From assembly GCF_006345805.1 (NCBI RefSeq), contig NC_043012.1:1302001-1366000 (forward strand): a DNA stretch of 64,000 nt. Reading direction: 5' to 3'. Positions 52,245 to 64,000 of the stretch are shown here, one piece after another. Every line of letters starts with the position of its first letter. Within the stretch, counting starts at the first letter, position 1. The notes below the pieces were generated by a model. That model saw only the letters and a list, made by a program, of their open reading frames with translations, was not told the origin of the DNA and did no database searches. A program made the position numbers and the translations under genes. The stretch comes from Octopus sinensis (lineage: Eukaryota).

Positions 52245-52472
52245 CGGTAGTCAAACAGAAACACACAAACATATACACAAATACGTATATATATATATAT
52301 ACATATATACGACGGGCTTCTTTCAGTTTCCGTATACCAAATCCACTCACAAAGCTTTGCTCGGCCCGAGACTATAGTTGAAGACACCTGCACAAGGTGC
52401 CATGCAGTGGGACTGAACCCGGAACCATGCGGTTCGTAAGCAAGCTACTTAGCACCCAGCTACTCCTACACC
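52028..52472. mobile_element. Two SINE-A 5' halves in inverted orientation (52028-52196 +, 52305-52472 -)
   Basis: Head-region copies facing each other across a microsatellite. Confidence 0.85.
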
Positions 52473-53081
52473 TAAAATAAATGAGATTGCTTGACCTTAG
52501 TGCATCACATCCCTTTGAAGGAAGACGCCCTAGGAGGGAGCCCCCAAACCCTTTTACGATGTAGCATACATGAGAGAGAGAGAGAGAGAGAGAGAGTGTT
52601 TGAGAAGAGAAGAGAGGAGTGCGGACGGAGACAAAGAGAGAGTCAGAGAAGAGCAAGGGAGAGATGTCAGCGAAAGAGGGTATCACTACCTTAGTATCCG
52701 AGCGATACTAAAATATCGACCCCTTCCCCGGTAAAATGGAATTCAATGGTGAATTCAGCAATCTTTGACGCAAAGCACAAACCATTGAACGCTCTACTGT
52801 AAGGCATTTGTTGGTGAATGCTCACTCAGCCCATCGATTATTGAGTTTATATTATGGAGGAACAAACTGGTAGAATCGTCAGAGTATCAGAAATGCTTTG
52901 TATTCTTTGTTTCAATATTTTAAGTCCTTTCGGAGGCGAATTTTTCTTTCAAACTTTTGAGTTCAATAAAATGATAAACTAAGTCCTCGGAGCAATAGTA
53001 TCGATTAATCCCACAACCTCAACATTTTTGGCCTTGTAACTGAATCAAAAGCGATTATATAATGAAGAGAAAGAAAGAAAG

Positions 53082-53127
<46 letters not shown>

Positions 53128-53786
53128 CTGATGCAATTGGCAGTGCGTTGGAAAGTTCCTTGTGGTATTTCATTCGGCTCTTAACGCACTTTGTTCAAAT
53201 TTCACCAGTGTGAACCTTGCATTACAATCTGTTGGTGTCAATAAAATAACACTAACGTTATCAATGGAGATGACGCCATGCGTTACCCGCCTAAACCAAA
53301 TTTCAGGACTTGTATATAGTCTAGAAACAATTTTGTTATGAAGATGATAATAGAAGGCGTAGTTAATCAATTATTGAACTAAGTTTTTATTTTAATTAAC
53401 ATGTGTACTGTTATATGGAGTAATTTGATTGCAATTGAGTGAATTCATTCGCCAGTGAATTTATTTATAATACAATTTATATTATAATGCATTGTACAAT
53501 TGGTTAGCAAGTTAACATGTTTTTATAATTATCTCTAGTAATACTTGTATAGTTAACTTCACTCTGCAGCAAAGTACATTAGTATTAATATCATCATCAC
53601 CTGGTATATCAATATTAATATAGTTAACATAAGGAACAGTAATATATTTGAATTAGTATATATTTTGCAATAACGATTAAAGTTTAAGTACAGTTCTTAT
53701 GTGGAGACTATGTAGGAGTTGCTAAATGGTCCCATTGGTCTAAATCATAATTACACGGTGCAATGGTCGCTGAATGAAACGGAAAG

Positions 53787-53830
<44 letters not shown>

Positions 53831-53975
53831 ATCACGTGATCACGTGACCCGACCAGACCATCAGATGTTGCTACACATCGCTGGTCACAATGCGTTCGCA
53901 TTGTGTTAGCCTTGGAATGACGCACCCCGCTGGCTAAGCGACCAGGTGAAATATATATATATATAATCTATATAT

Positions 53976-54036
<61 letters not shown>

Positions 54037-54448
54037 AGGAAGCATATGGACAAATACTCTCGGGGAACTGGAAGGCACCACCCTCCCCGGATTGAGCAGA
54101 TGTCTCCTAAATTTAGGAACCAACTCTGCTGAATTATTCTACAAGTAATTTGATTAAAACTTCTACTGCCAAAGGGAACGTAACTATTTTCTGTTCCCTT
54201 CCTTATTTTCCTCTTTTATTCCCCTTTTCCCATTTTGCATAATCGTTATTCTCGAGTTTTCTCGTTATTTATTTTTCTTGTAGATTCTCATGTACCAGCC
54301 TCCTGATTTTCAAATATAACAGAGCATGTACTAAGAACCAAGCGATTCCTTATGGACACAAGGCACGTTATAAAAACTGCGTGGCTGCATGTCTCGAAAA
54401 CAAGAATCTATTTATAAGTTTAAACTCTATACAGGGTACTTCATATGA

Positions 54449-54479
<31 letters not shown>

Positions 54480-54738
54480 TATATTATATATAATATGTAA
54501 GTATATATGTATATATTTGTACATATATATGTCGCGTATATACAAGTGTATATATAAATAAATATATATATATATACAGATATATATGTAGTATATATAT
54601 ATCTATATATATATGTATGTGAGTATATATATATATATGTATGCGTATATATATATGTATATATACACCTATGTATATTATATATATATATATACACCTA
54701 TGTATATATATATTGCATAGAGTTCATTCTAGCAAAAA

Positions 54739-54776
54739 CTGTCTGATGAACGGCAACGAGAAACTCAGAGTAACAG
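54739..54776 (+). ncRNA. Minimal type I hammerhead motif with canonical core
   Basis: CUGU-CUGAUGA-aCG(GCAA)CGa-GAAA-CUCAGAG-UA^ACAG. Paralog at 479-516. Confidence 0.65.
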
Positions 54777-54879
54777 ATTTGTTGAATCTTTCTGCTGCTT
54801 AAAATAATGCATATTACTCTACCACTGGTATTTGAGTACTCTTTTTTCCACCTTGTTTCACATTTATGTGTTACTCCGG

Positions 54880-54949
<70 letters not shown>

Positions 54950-55358
54950 GTATATATGTATGTATATACGTATATATATATATATATATATATATATTTC
55001 AGCAATGAGTTTTGACCAGATATTTTATTCCGGCGGTTACCGTGCATACTCTCCAAGTCGGTGTCAGATTCCGGGAAACCACAAGGGCTCTTATGTGGTA
55101 CCCGAGCTAAGAAATAAGTTGTTAGGCTTAGGTAACTCTCTGAGTAAATACGAGTTTTCTGCTCAGGACAGCACATTTCCCGTAGGGTAATTAATAGATT
55201 TAATAAAGATTAGGAGAATATCTATCTATTTATCTCCAGTATATATATATATATATATATATACATACACACACACACACACAATATTATTATATAATAT
55301 ATATATATATATACATATATATACATATATATACAAATATATATATATATATATATAT

Positions 55359-55393
<35 letters not shown>

Positions 55394-55431
55394 TGTACAT
55401 ATGCATATATTATACATATATAGTATATATT

Positions 55432-55563
55432 TATTTTATCGCCCCCCCAACGGATGAAAGGTCAAGTCGACCTCAGCGTTATATAATTCACAGCATGGTA
55501 GCAAACGAAATATCGCTAAGCATTTCACACGAAGTGCTAATGATTCTACCAGCGCGCCGCCTT
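55432..55563 (-). mobile_element. SINE-B (5' part)
   Basis: Same family. Confidence 0.7.
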
Positions 55564-55602
55564 AATAAGAATAATCATACTACTACTACTACTACTACTA
55601 CA

Positions 55603-55646
<44 letters not shown>

Positions 55647-55739
55647 AACTACTACTACGACGACGACGACGACGATGACGACTACTACCACTACTAGTAC
55701 TACTACTACTAATAATAATAATACTAATAATGTTTTCAA

Positions 55740-56712
55740 TTTTTAAGGAAGCTGAGTAATACAAAGAAGTCATACTACCTAACAACTCTGAAGAAAAATT
55801 TGGAAAACAACTGATATCGAAACTAAAACTAGAACAGCAACAGACCATGACAAAACGATGCAAAGAAAAGCCCATTCATAGCAAATTACTGGGTTAAACT
55901 AAACGCAAAAGAAATAGACAAAGCAATATCCCAGCAATGGCTGAGAAGCTCAGGACTCAAAGCAGAGACAGAGGGATTTTTTAATTGCAGCACAAAACCA
56001 AAACTCTCCACCAGAAATTGCCAAAAACATATAATGTAAAGAAACATAAGTAATTTCAGAATATGTGGAGATGGACACGAAAAAAATAAATCATATTGTC
56101 TCTGGCGTCCCAGTCCTGGCTAAGAAGGAATATATTCACAGACATGATAGTGTTAGGACCTACATACAGTGGAAGCTATGCCAACGCTGTGGAATAACAA
56201 CAGAAATAAGATGGCATAGGCACACGCAAGAAAAGGTCACAGAAAATGAGAAAGCAAGAATACTATGAGATATGCCAATACACACAGATACAGAAATTAA
56301 GGCCAATAGGCCACACATAGTTGTCAGAGATCATGAAGACAAAAATGGCTTTCTAACTGATGCATCAATACCAAAAGATGACAACGTTTTTCTAAAAGAA
56401 ATGGAGAAACTTTCAAAATGCAAAGACCTGGAAATAGAGGTATCTTGAATGTGGAATCTAAAGACAGAAACAATTCCTATCATAGTGGGTACGTTAGGTG
56501 TGATAAAAAATATTCAGACAAATACATAGCAAAAACACCAGGACTAACAAGTATAACACGCAGAAAGTAGCACTACTAGGCACTGGACACATCCTACGTA
56601 AAACACTTTCAGTACAGTAACTATAAGAGTACCACAACAAACTACAGAAAAAACCCAAGGCACACAGAGATGCGCTCGGTAGTGCAGCAAAAGCACGTTA
56701 AAAAATAAGACT
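55740..56712 (+). mobile_element. RLE-type non-LTR retrotransposon 3' portion (R4/Dong-like), degenerate
   Basis: QWLRSSGLKAETEGFLIAAQ, INHIVSG..VLAKKEYIHRHD (zinc-knuckle region), DMPIHTD.EIKANRPHIVVRD (RLE) and IPIIVGTLG. Flanked by (TAA)n on both sides. Confidence 0.85.
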
Positions 56713-56752
56713 ACTGAATAATAATAATAATATTAATAATAATAATAATAAA

Positions 56753-56820
<68 letters not shown>

Positions 56821-56989
56821 CAACACAACAACAACAACAAAAATGATAATGATAATGATAATGTTCAAAATAATGATGATGATATATGTTAAGAATTAAA
56901 GGTTATATAAAACAATGAGATATATGTAATATATATATATATGGATGTGTGTGTATGAATATATACGTATATATCTGTGCAATACCTCT

Positions 56990-57027
<38 letters not shown>

Positions 57028-57098
57028 GATGTGAGTGTGTGAATATATACGTATATGTTCTGTACAATACCTCTTATATATATATATATATATTATAT

Positions 57099-57141
<43 letters not shown>

Positions 57142-57188
57142 CCATGTATATATGTATATATATACACATATATACATGCACACATATA

Positions 57189-57228
<40 letters not shown>

Positions 57229-57419
57229 TATATAAAGGAATTGTACACGTATATACATATTACATATTTGAAAATGTAGACTGCGTGGAAGAGGGAGTGT
57301 AATAGAGTGATTGCAATATAAATAGTTATATATGTTATCAGGTCGTTGGATATTTTAATAAATAGATAGCCACATCAATCTATTTATCCATCTAGCTATC
57401 TAACTATATAGAGAGAAAT

Positions 57420-57453
57420 AGATAGATATACACTGGAGATAGATATACACTGG

Positions 57454-57537
<84 letters not shown>

Positions 57538-57538
57538 T

Positions 57539-57611
<73 letters not shown>

Positions 57612-57612
57612 G
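57420..57612. repeat. (GATA)n array
   Basis: Directly visible; similar (TATC)n arrays at 45243-45595, 59215-59460 and 62940-63060. Confidence 0.95.
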
Positions 57613-58261
57613 CAGGCAGACAGATTAATAACTATATAGAAATATAGATTGACAGAGCAGTCAAGCAACTTGATCGTATTTACCTCCTGAAAGTATAATA
57701 TCATTTATTAAACGGCGCTATATCCCATTGAACTGTACTAATTAGTCTGTTAAACGCTGTAAATTCTATAAACTTAACATATCATTGTTTATGGCTACGT
57801 ATTTGTCTGTTATTGCTTTCTAATTGACGCCTCATTAGTTAACTAAATCTAATTAATTAACTCTAATTAGCAAGATAGAGAGAGAAATCTATCGATCTCC
57901 ATTGAACAAGTGGTGGTGTAATCTGTGCAGTGTTGGTATTGACGGGGACTATCGTTTATCTTTTAATAGATTGATCGAATACGATAAATAGAACCGCGGT
58001 TAGCTTATTTTGAGTGGAGTAATAAGCATGCTGTGCTGTAATAGAGAGAGCGCGAACGTCGAGGGTGGTGCAGGACGACAGTGATGTCGGGGGTTGCGGT
58101 GGTGGTGACAGAGGTGTTGGTGTTGGTGTTCCAATTGTCTGTAGATTCGAGATTCGATTTTCATGGTATGTGTGGGGAATGAACGTAACATTCTCTGTAA
58201 GTATGCAAACGAATCTACAAATATATACACACACAGGTATATACACTTATAAATACAGCCA

Positions 58262-58670
58262 TCCATCCAGGTGTGACTGTGTGGAAACAAAAAAGCTTGC
58301 TTTCAAACTACATGGTTACAGGTACAGTCTCACCTTCTTCTACTATAGCCACGGGCAACTGTCTCCTACTATAGCCACAGGCTGATCAAAGCCATGTGAG
58401 TGAATTTTGTTGATGGAAATTGAAAGAAGCCCATCGTACACACACACACACACACATATATAAAATTGTCCGCCATCTATCGCTTGACAACCGATCTGGA
58501 TGTGTGTGTTTATGAACCCGTAGTCTAACGGTTTGGCAAAACTTACCGGTAAGTACTAGGCTTACAAAGAATAAGCCCAAGGGTTAATTACTTCGACTAA
58601 AACACCTTAAAACGGTGCTCCTGCATGGTCGCAGTCAAATGACTGAAACAAATAAAAGAATAAAAGAATA
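58262..58670 (+). mobile_element. SINE-A (diverged)
   Basis: Head, microsatellite and tail recognisable. Confidence 0.8.
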
Positions 58671-58691
58671 TATATATATACAGGCCATACA

Positions 58692-58731
<40 letters not shown>

Positions 58732-59214
58732 GCATATATATATATACACATATATATATATTATATATATTTGTATGTGTATATATATATATATATCTGT
58801 ATGTGTGTGTATATAATATAGAGAGAGAGAGAAATAAGAAAATGGAGGGGATCAAAAGGTGGTATTCATCAACTTTTAGACATTATATTATGTCTATTTA
58901 TTTAAATATAAAGCCATTATAACAATATACATACATGTATAACATATTATGCTTTACATATATGATATATAAAATATAAAAATGCCAGTAATTATTAAAA
59001 TATATAACGTAGAACATAGAAAGTAGAAGAGTTTCTTACAGCTGTTTCAGACAAGAGATCATAGTTTCCCATTTTATTTCCATCCCTTCAGTGAACTGAT
59101 GTATTTAGAAGATAAGTTTCAGGTACTTGGGTGTGCCTCTGGGCTTCGTCAGAGATATATTTTTATAAAATATATATAAAGATCACGAAAACTATAAAAA
59201 TGAATATACAGATA

Positions 59215-59299
<85 letters not shown>

Positions 59300-59300
59300 G

Positions 59301-59332
<32 letters not shown>

Positions 59333-59410
59333 ATATCTATCTATCTAGAAAAGCTCTACCTTGTAATTTGTTTCATCTGTGTGCAGCCCTGTGTGGCTAA
59401 GAAAGAAACA

Positions 59411-59461
<51 letters not shown>

Positions 59462-59487
59462 ATATATATATATATATATAATATATA

Positions 59488-59534
<47 letters not shown>

Positions 59535-59592
59535 ATATATATATATATATAGATAATATATATATAATATATCTTATATATATATATATATA

Positions 59593-60720
59593 TTGTGACC
59601 TTAACAGAAGGCTTAAAGAACGCCTAACACAGAACTCCATACTCGTAAACATGTACTCTCGCTATGTTGATGATATCAACATAGTGGTAAAGACACCCCC
59701 CACAAGTGAGTACTGTTGATAGAAACTAATACTATGGAGAGCATCCAGCGAATAGCTAAATCCATCCACCAGAGTATTAAGGTCCCAATAGACTACCCCC
59801 ACTAAACACCCCAACCATAGACTACCAGTACTAGACACTGAACTCTGGCTAGAAATTGTGAATAATAAAACCCAAATCCTTCATTCATACTATACCAAAC
59901 CTATGGCCTCAAAATACTTGATCCACCGGAACTCAGCCATTGCGGACAATGCCAAATTCAATATTTTGATGGCAGACCTCGTCAGAATAATGAGAAATGT
60001 GTCACGCATGTGCGAGCCTACAGAGTTAAAGAGACATACAATATTTCCTTCACTGCATGCAGTTCTCAGGTTACAGCCATAAAGAAAGGATCAGAGTATA
60101 CAAAGGAGCCATGAAGAAATTTGATAATATTATGTAATGATAGGAATGGGATTTGCCCACTCTATAGGAACAAGTCATGGAACACTATAGAAAGGACAAA
60201 AAAGAAAATAGGAAGGCCAACTCTTGTATGATAGCCATAAATAACCAGAGTGTCATGTTCGTTGACACCCCCCCTGGAGGTGAACTGGCGTACCGCTTTA
60301 GAAGGACCCTAGACAAACTTAAGCTAAGGATTAGGTTGTTGAAAAGCCAGGTAACCCTATCAAATCAAAATTGGTAGAACCTATCCTTTTAGTAGAACCC
60401 CCTGTATTGATAAGTACTGTACTGTATGTAGATTTAGCCCACAAACAAACTGTAAAGCCAGAAATATAGTCTATAGTATAAGATGTATAGAGGGACGATG
60501 CAGTAACAAGACAACGACATACGTAGGGGAAACGGCAAGAAGCATAGGAGAGCGGGTAAATAGACATTGGAGACAACTCAAGGAAGGTAAAAGCTCATCG
60601 ACTCTGTACCAACACGCCGAACAGGAACACGGGGGATCAATCAACAACATAGAAATTAAAATTCATTCGCAACTGCATATTAATGCCATGATACAAATGT
60701 ATAGTTTACCAGAAAACCAC
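59593..60720 (+). mobile_element. Penelope-like retroelement fossil (RT C-terminus plus GIY-YIG endonuclease), frameshifted
   Basis: MYSRYVDDINIVV, RLPVLDTELW and YYTKPMASKYLIHRNS (RT/thumb). Then Cys-rich linker and NIVYSIRC...TYVGETARSIGERVNRH...LYQHAEQEH (GIY-YIG). Confidence 0.9.
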
Positions 60721-62967
60721 ATCCATAAACACGCTCATACACGCACACTATCATTTTATACATACGGCGACACATGCCTATGTACATAAACACACATATA
60801 TGCATATGTATACATACATATACATGTGTTTGTGCGTGTGTGTGAGTGTGTGTGCGCGTAGGTATAAGTATACATATATATAATATATATGTATATATTC
60901 ATATTTCTATGTATGTAAGTATATATATATATATGTATATGTATGTATATATGTATGTATGTATGTATGTTGTATGTATGTATGTATGTATGTATGTATG
61001 TATATGTATATATTTGTGTGTCTATATATATACTTGTGTGTAAATATATACATATACATACATACACACATACATATATATATAATGATAGGGAAATAAA
61101 AGTTTGGTATGTGTGTTGTGTACATGCCATTCAAAACACCTCCGTCAACGACTATACGCCGCCATCGTAGATTTTAGCATCATAGCATGCAATATTCTCT
61201 ATTCACCGTTGCACCATTTACCATTTAAGCATTGAACATTCACCATTGAACACGGGGACAGCCTGGGAGCAAACGAACGACTGTTTGAATATATTACAAA
61301 CACTGGCTTGAATCCAACGTGTTTTATATATAAAGCGATATGGCTAGGTTTAAGTTTTGCATAAAAGCTATTTATTCAAGGCCAGTTTCCAGCCGAACAG
61401 CTTCTAATGCGGAAAGGCATATTAGGTTAAATGAAGTCAAAACATTCTTCCAATTTGATTATTCATAAAACTTCAGTAAAATTTGTCCACACAGCTTTTT
61501 ACCTTCTTTTTTTTTCTTCCTTTTCTTCCTTTTCTTCCCCTTCCCTGTTTAATGTGTATATTAGGAAACTATATAGACTTTCTGATCTAGTTGATGCTTG
61601 TGAGGTTGTTTGCTCTTTCAGTTCATCTCTTAATATATCTCTATATATAAAATATATATATATTTCTATGTTTACAGGTTTGACGAAGTGTACATGTGTG
61701 TGCGTGTGTGTGTATGTGTATGTGTATGTGTGTGTGTGTGTGTGTGTCTGTCTGTCTGTCTGCCTGTGTATGTGTGTGTGAGTACACGAGAATATAAGTG
61801 TATGTTTCTGCGCGTAGCATCAAACGCTGTTTCGTTATTGTTGTTGTTGTCGCCGCTCTTGATGTTTGTTAGTCCTGTTGCTGCGCAAAGTTAAGTATTT
61901 AACCTGTATGGTATGGCCCTTTCGGTCACCCTATTTTGTGTTGTTATTATTGATGTGGCTGGTGATAGCAGGGATGCTGCTACTGTTGTTGCTGCTGCTG
62001 ATGCTGCTGGACTATGAAGGTTGTGTGTATGGGGACGTGTGGGGGTGTGTGTATGTGTCTGTATGATCGTGTGTTTCTGTCTGTGATATTACGTGTTTGT
62101 GTTTACCTATACATGCAAACACACACATACATTTATTACACTCATATATGTATTATATATATATATATATATTATATTATATTATATATATATATATATA
62201 TATATATTAATATTAATATATATATGTACATATATATATATTTATAATATATTATATATTATTTATATATACTATTAATATATATATGTACATATATGTA
62301 TATATGTATGTAGCATGTATATATATATTGTGTGTATATATATATATGTTATATTATATATATATAATATTATATATATATATATATAGTATATCTATAT
62401 ATGATGCTTATGTACTGTACAAATGTATTGTACGAATGTGCAAGGAATATCTCAGATGTATGTGTTATTCCTGTGCATTGTGCATGTCAACTGCATATTT
62501 TGTGGTGTATATATGTCTGCGTGTGTGTGTATGCGTGTGTGTATGTGTGTGTGTGTATGAAAGAGGAATGAATATGTGGTGTATATATACTAGAAAGATC
62601 ACGAGAACCAAATCATGCAGCATTGATTTTCTTCTCAAAGCTACAATTTCTTCTACCCACTTTCCATTTTCTTTCCCGCCTTGTCTTTCCCTGCCCCAAC
62701 TCTGTTTCTTACTTCATTTCTTTCTTTTCTTTCTTTCTTTCTTTCTTCCTTCCTTCCTTCCTTTATTTCTTTCTTTCATTTTACTTTCTTTCTTTCTTTC
62801 TATCTTTCTTTCGTCCTTTATTTCTTTCATTCTTTCTATCTTTCTTTCGTTCTTTCTTTCTTTCTTACTCTCTTTCTGTCTTTCTTCCGTTCACTAACAC
62901 ACTCATACACATGTATGCACATACACACACAATGAATTTGTCTATCCATCCATCTATCTATCCATCC

Positions 62968-63054
<87 letters not shown>

Positions 63055-63104
63055 CATCCATCTTTCTCTTTCTCGCTCTCTATCTTTCTCTCTCTCTCTG
63101 TTTC

Positions 63105-63137
<33 letters not shown>

Positions 63138-63235
63138 CATCAAACAATACTTCAATTTAGCTTCTATTAATTAATAACTATTTCACCCTCTCACCTTCTA
63201 CCAGCATGCGTATGTATGTGTATATATATGCATGT

Positions 63236-63274
<39 letters not shown>

Positions 63275-64000
63275 ATATATATATGTATGTGAGTATGTAT
63301 GTATGTATGTATGTATATATATGTATATATATATATATATATATCTAATATATATATATATATTATATATATAATATATATATATATATATATGTATATA
63401 TATTTTATTGAAAGCATATTTGATGCAAACTTAGCTAAAACGGTAATGCAGATTTAAATATGCGGAAAGAGGAAATATTACTTGTGGATATCTGCTAAAA
63501 CGCTCTTTATTGCTTTTCTTTCTTTCTTTCTATACTGTTCTTTTTACTTAACCAGTAAGTAGGAAAGACAACTCCACACATGTTTCTGGTTCGTTAAACT
63601 CCATCATTGCACATGTGTAACTTCTGAGAACTAGTTGAAGTCGAACTTGTTCTGAAGGCATGTGTGTGTGTGTGTGTATTTGTGTTTGTGTGTGTATGTT
63701 TGCGGAAGATTGATCACACATCATAGACTACATAAAGTTATTATTCTTCCATGTTTCTAAACCTGTTATAGAGACAAACTAGCGATGCTGTATTTACTGA
63801 TTTCAGCTACTGTACTGCAGCCATGTCAGGTCATAACATCTAAAGGATACTAGTCGACCATGTCGGCAATGATACATCTGCTAATCTGGCTTCGTCTAAG
63901 AGAATAAAAATTGTAACTCTACGAACAGTTTTACAGTTGTGTACAGATACAAAGTATGCGCAATATGGCCGAATATTTCAAAAGTTCGTTCTACAACAAT

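Noticed and set aside
53170-53370. 66-aa minus-strand ORF in unique sequence
   Set aside because: No homology recognised; exon boundaries ambiguous.
53832-53847. Tandem E-box palindrome tcacgtgatcacgtga
   Set aside because: Sits at the edge of a short (TA)n-flanked, probably repetitive segment; no promoter context.
59020-59155. Minus-strand GAAA-CAGCUG-UA and CUGACGA segments
   Set aside because: Stems I and II cannot be formed convincingly.

Overview
AT-rich eukaryotic genomic DNA saturated with microsatellites, with one 100-N scaffold gap (50631-50730). The SINE families and simple-repeat style resemble an octopus (coleoid cephalopod) genome; this is recognition, not a database result. 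Almost all ORFs in the supplied track are artefacts of microsatellites, minisatellites or SINEs. The only well-supported host-gene sequence is a phase-compatible pair of + strand exons (13717-13874, 14623-14901). They encode an N-glycosylation-rich beta-type (FN3-like) ectodomain and one transmembrane helix; a few weaker candidate exons lie nearby. The rest is retro- and DNA-transposon debris: at least six tRNA-derived SINE families; RTE, CR1/L2-like and RLE-type (R4/Dong-like) LINE fragments; a Penelope-like element fossil (YVDD RT plus GIY-YIG); mariner and DD37D-type Tc1/mariner relics; and a Helitron-like element. The most striking unexplained signal is a dense set of minimal type I hammerhead-ribozyme (HHR) motifs. 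About 13 copies from roughly 8 unrelated short elements occur, mostly embedded in (TA)n/(TATG)n. They include a head-to-tail trimer with a ~220-nt period (retrozyme-like), an HHR enclosed by 90-bp inverted repeats, and a tRNA-SINE with an HHR-like tail. Two core variants recur (CUGUAGA, CCGAUGA). Many intronic fold-backs are also present. All ribozyme calls were folded by eye and are untested.
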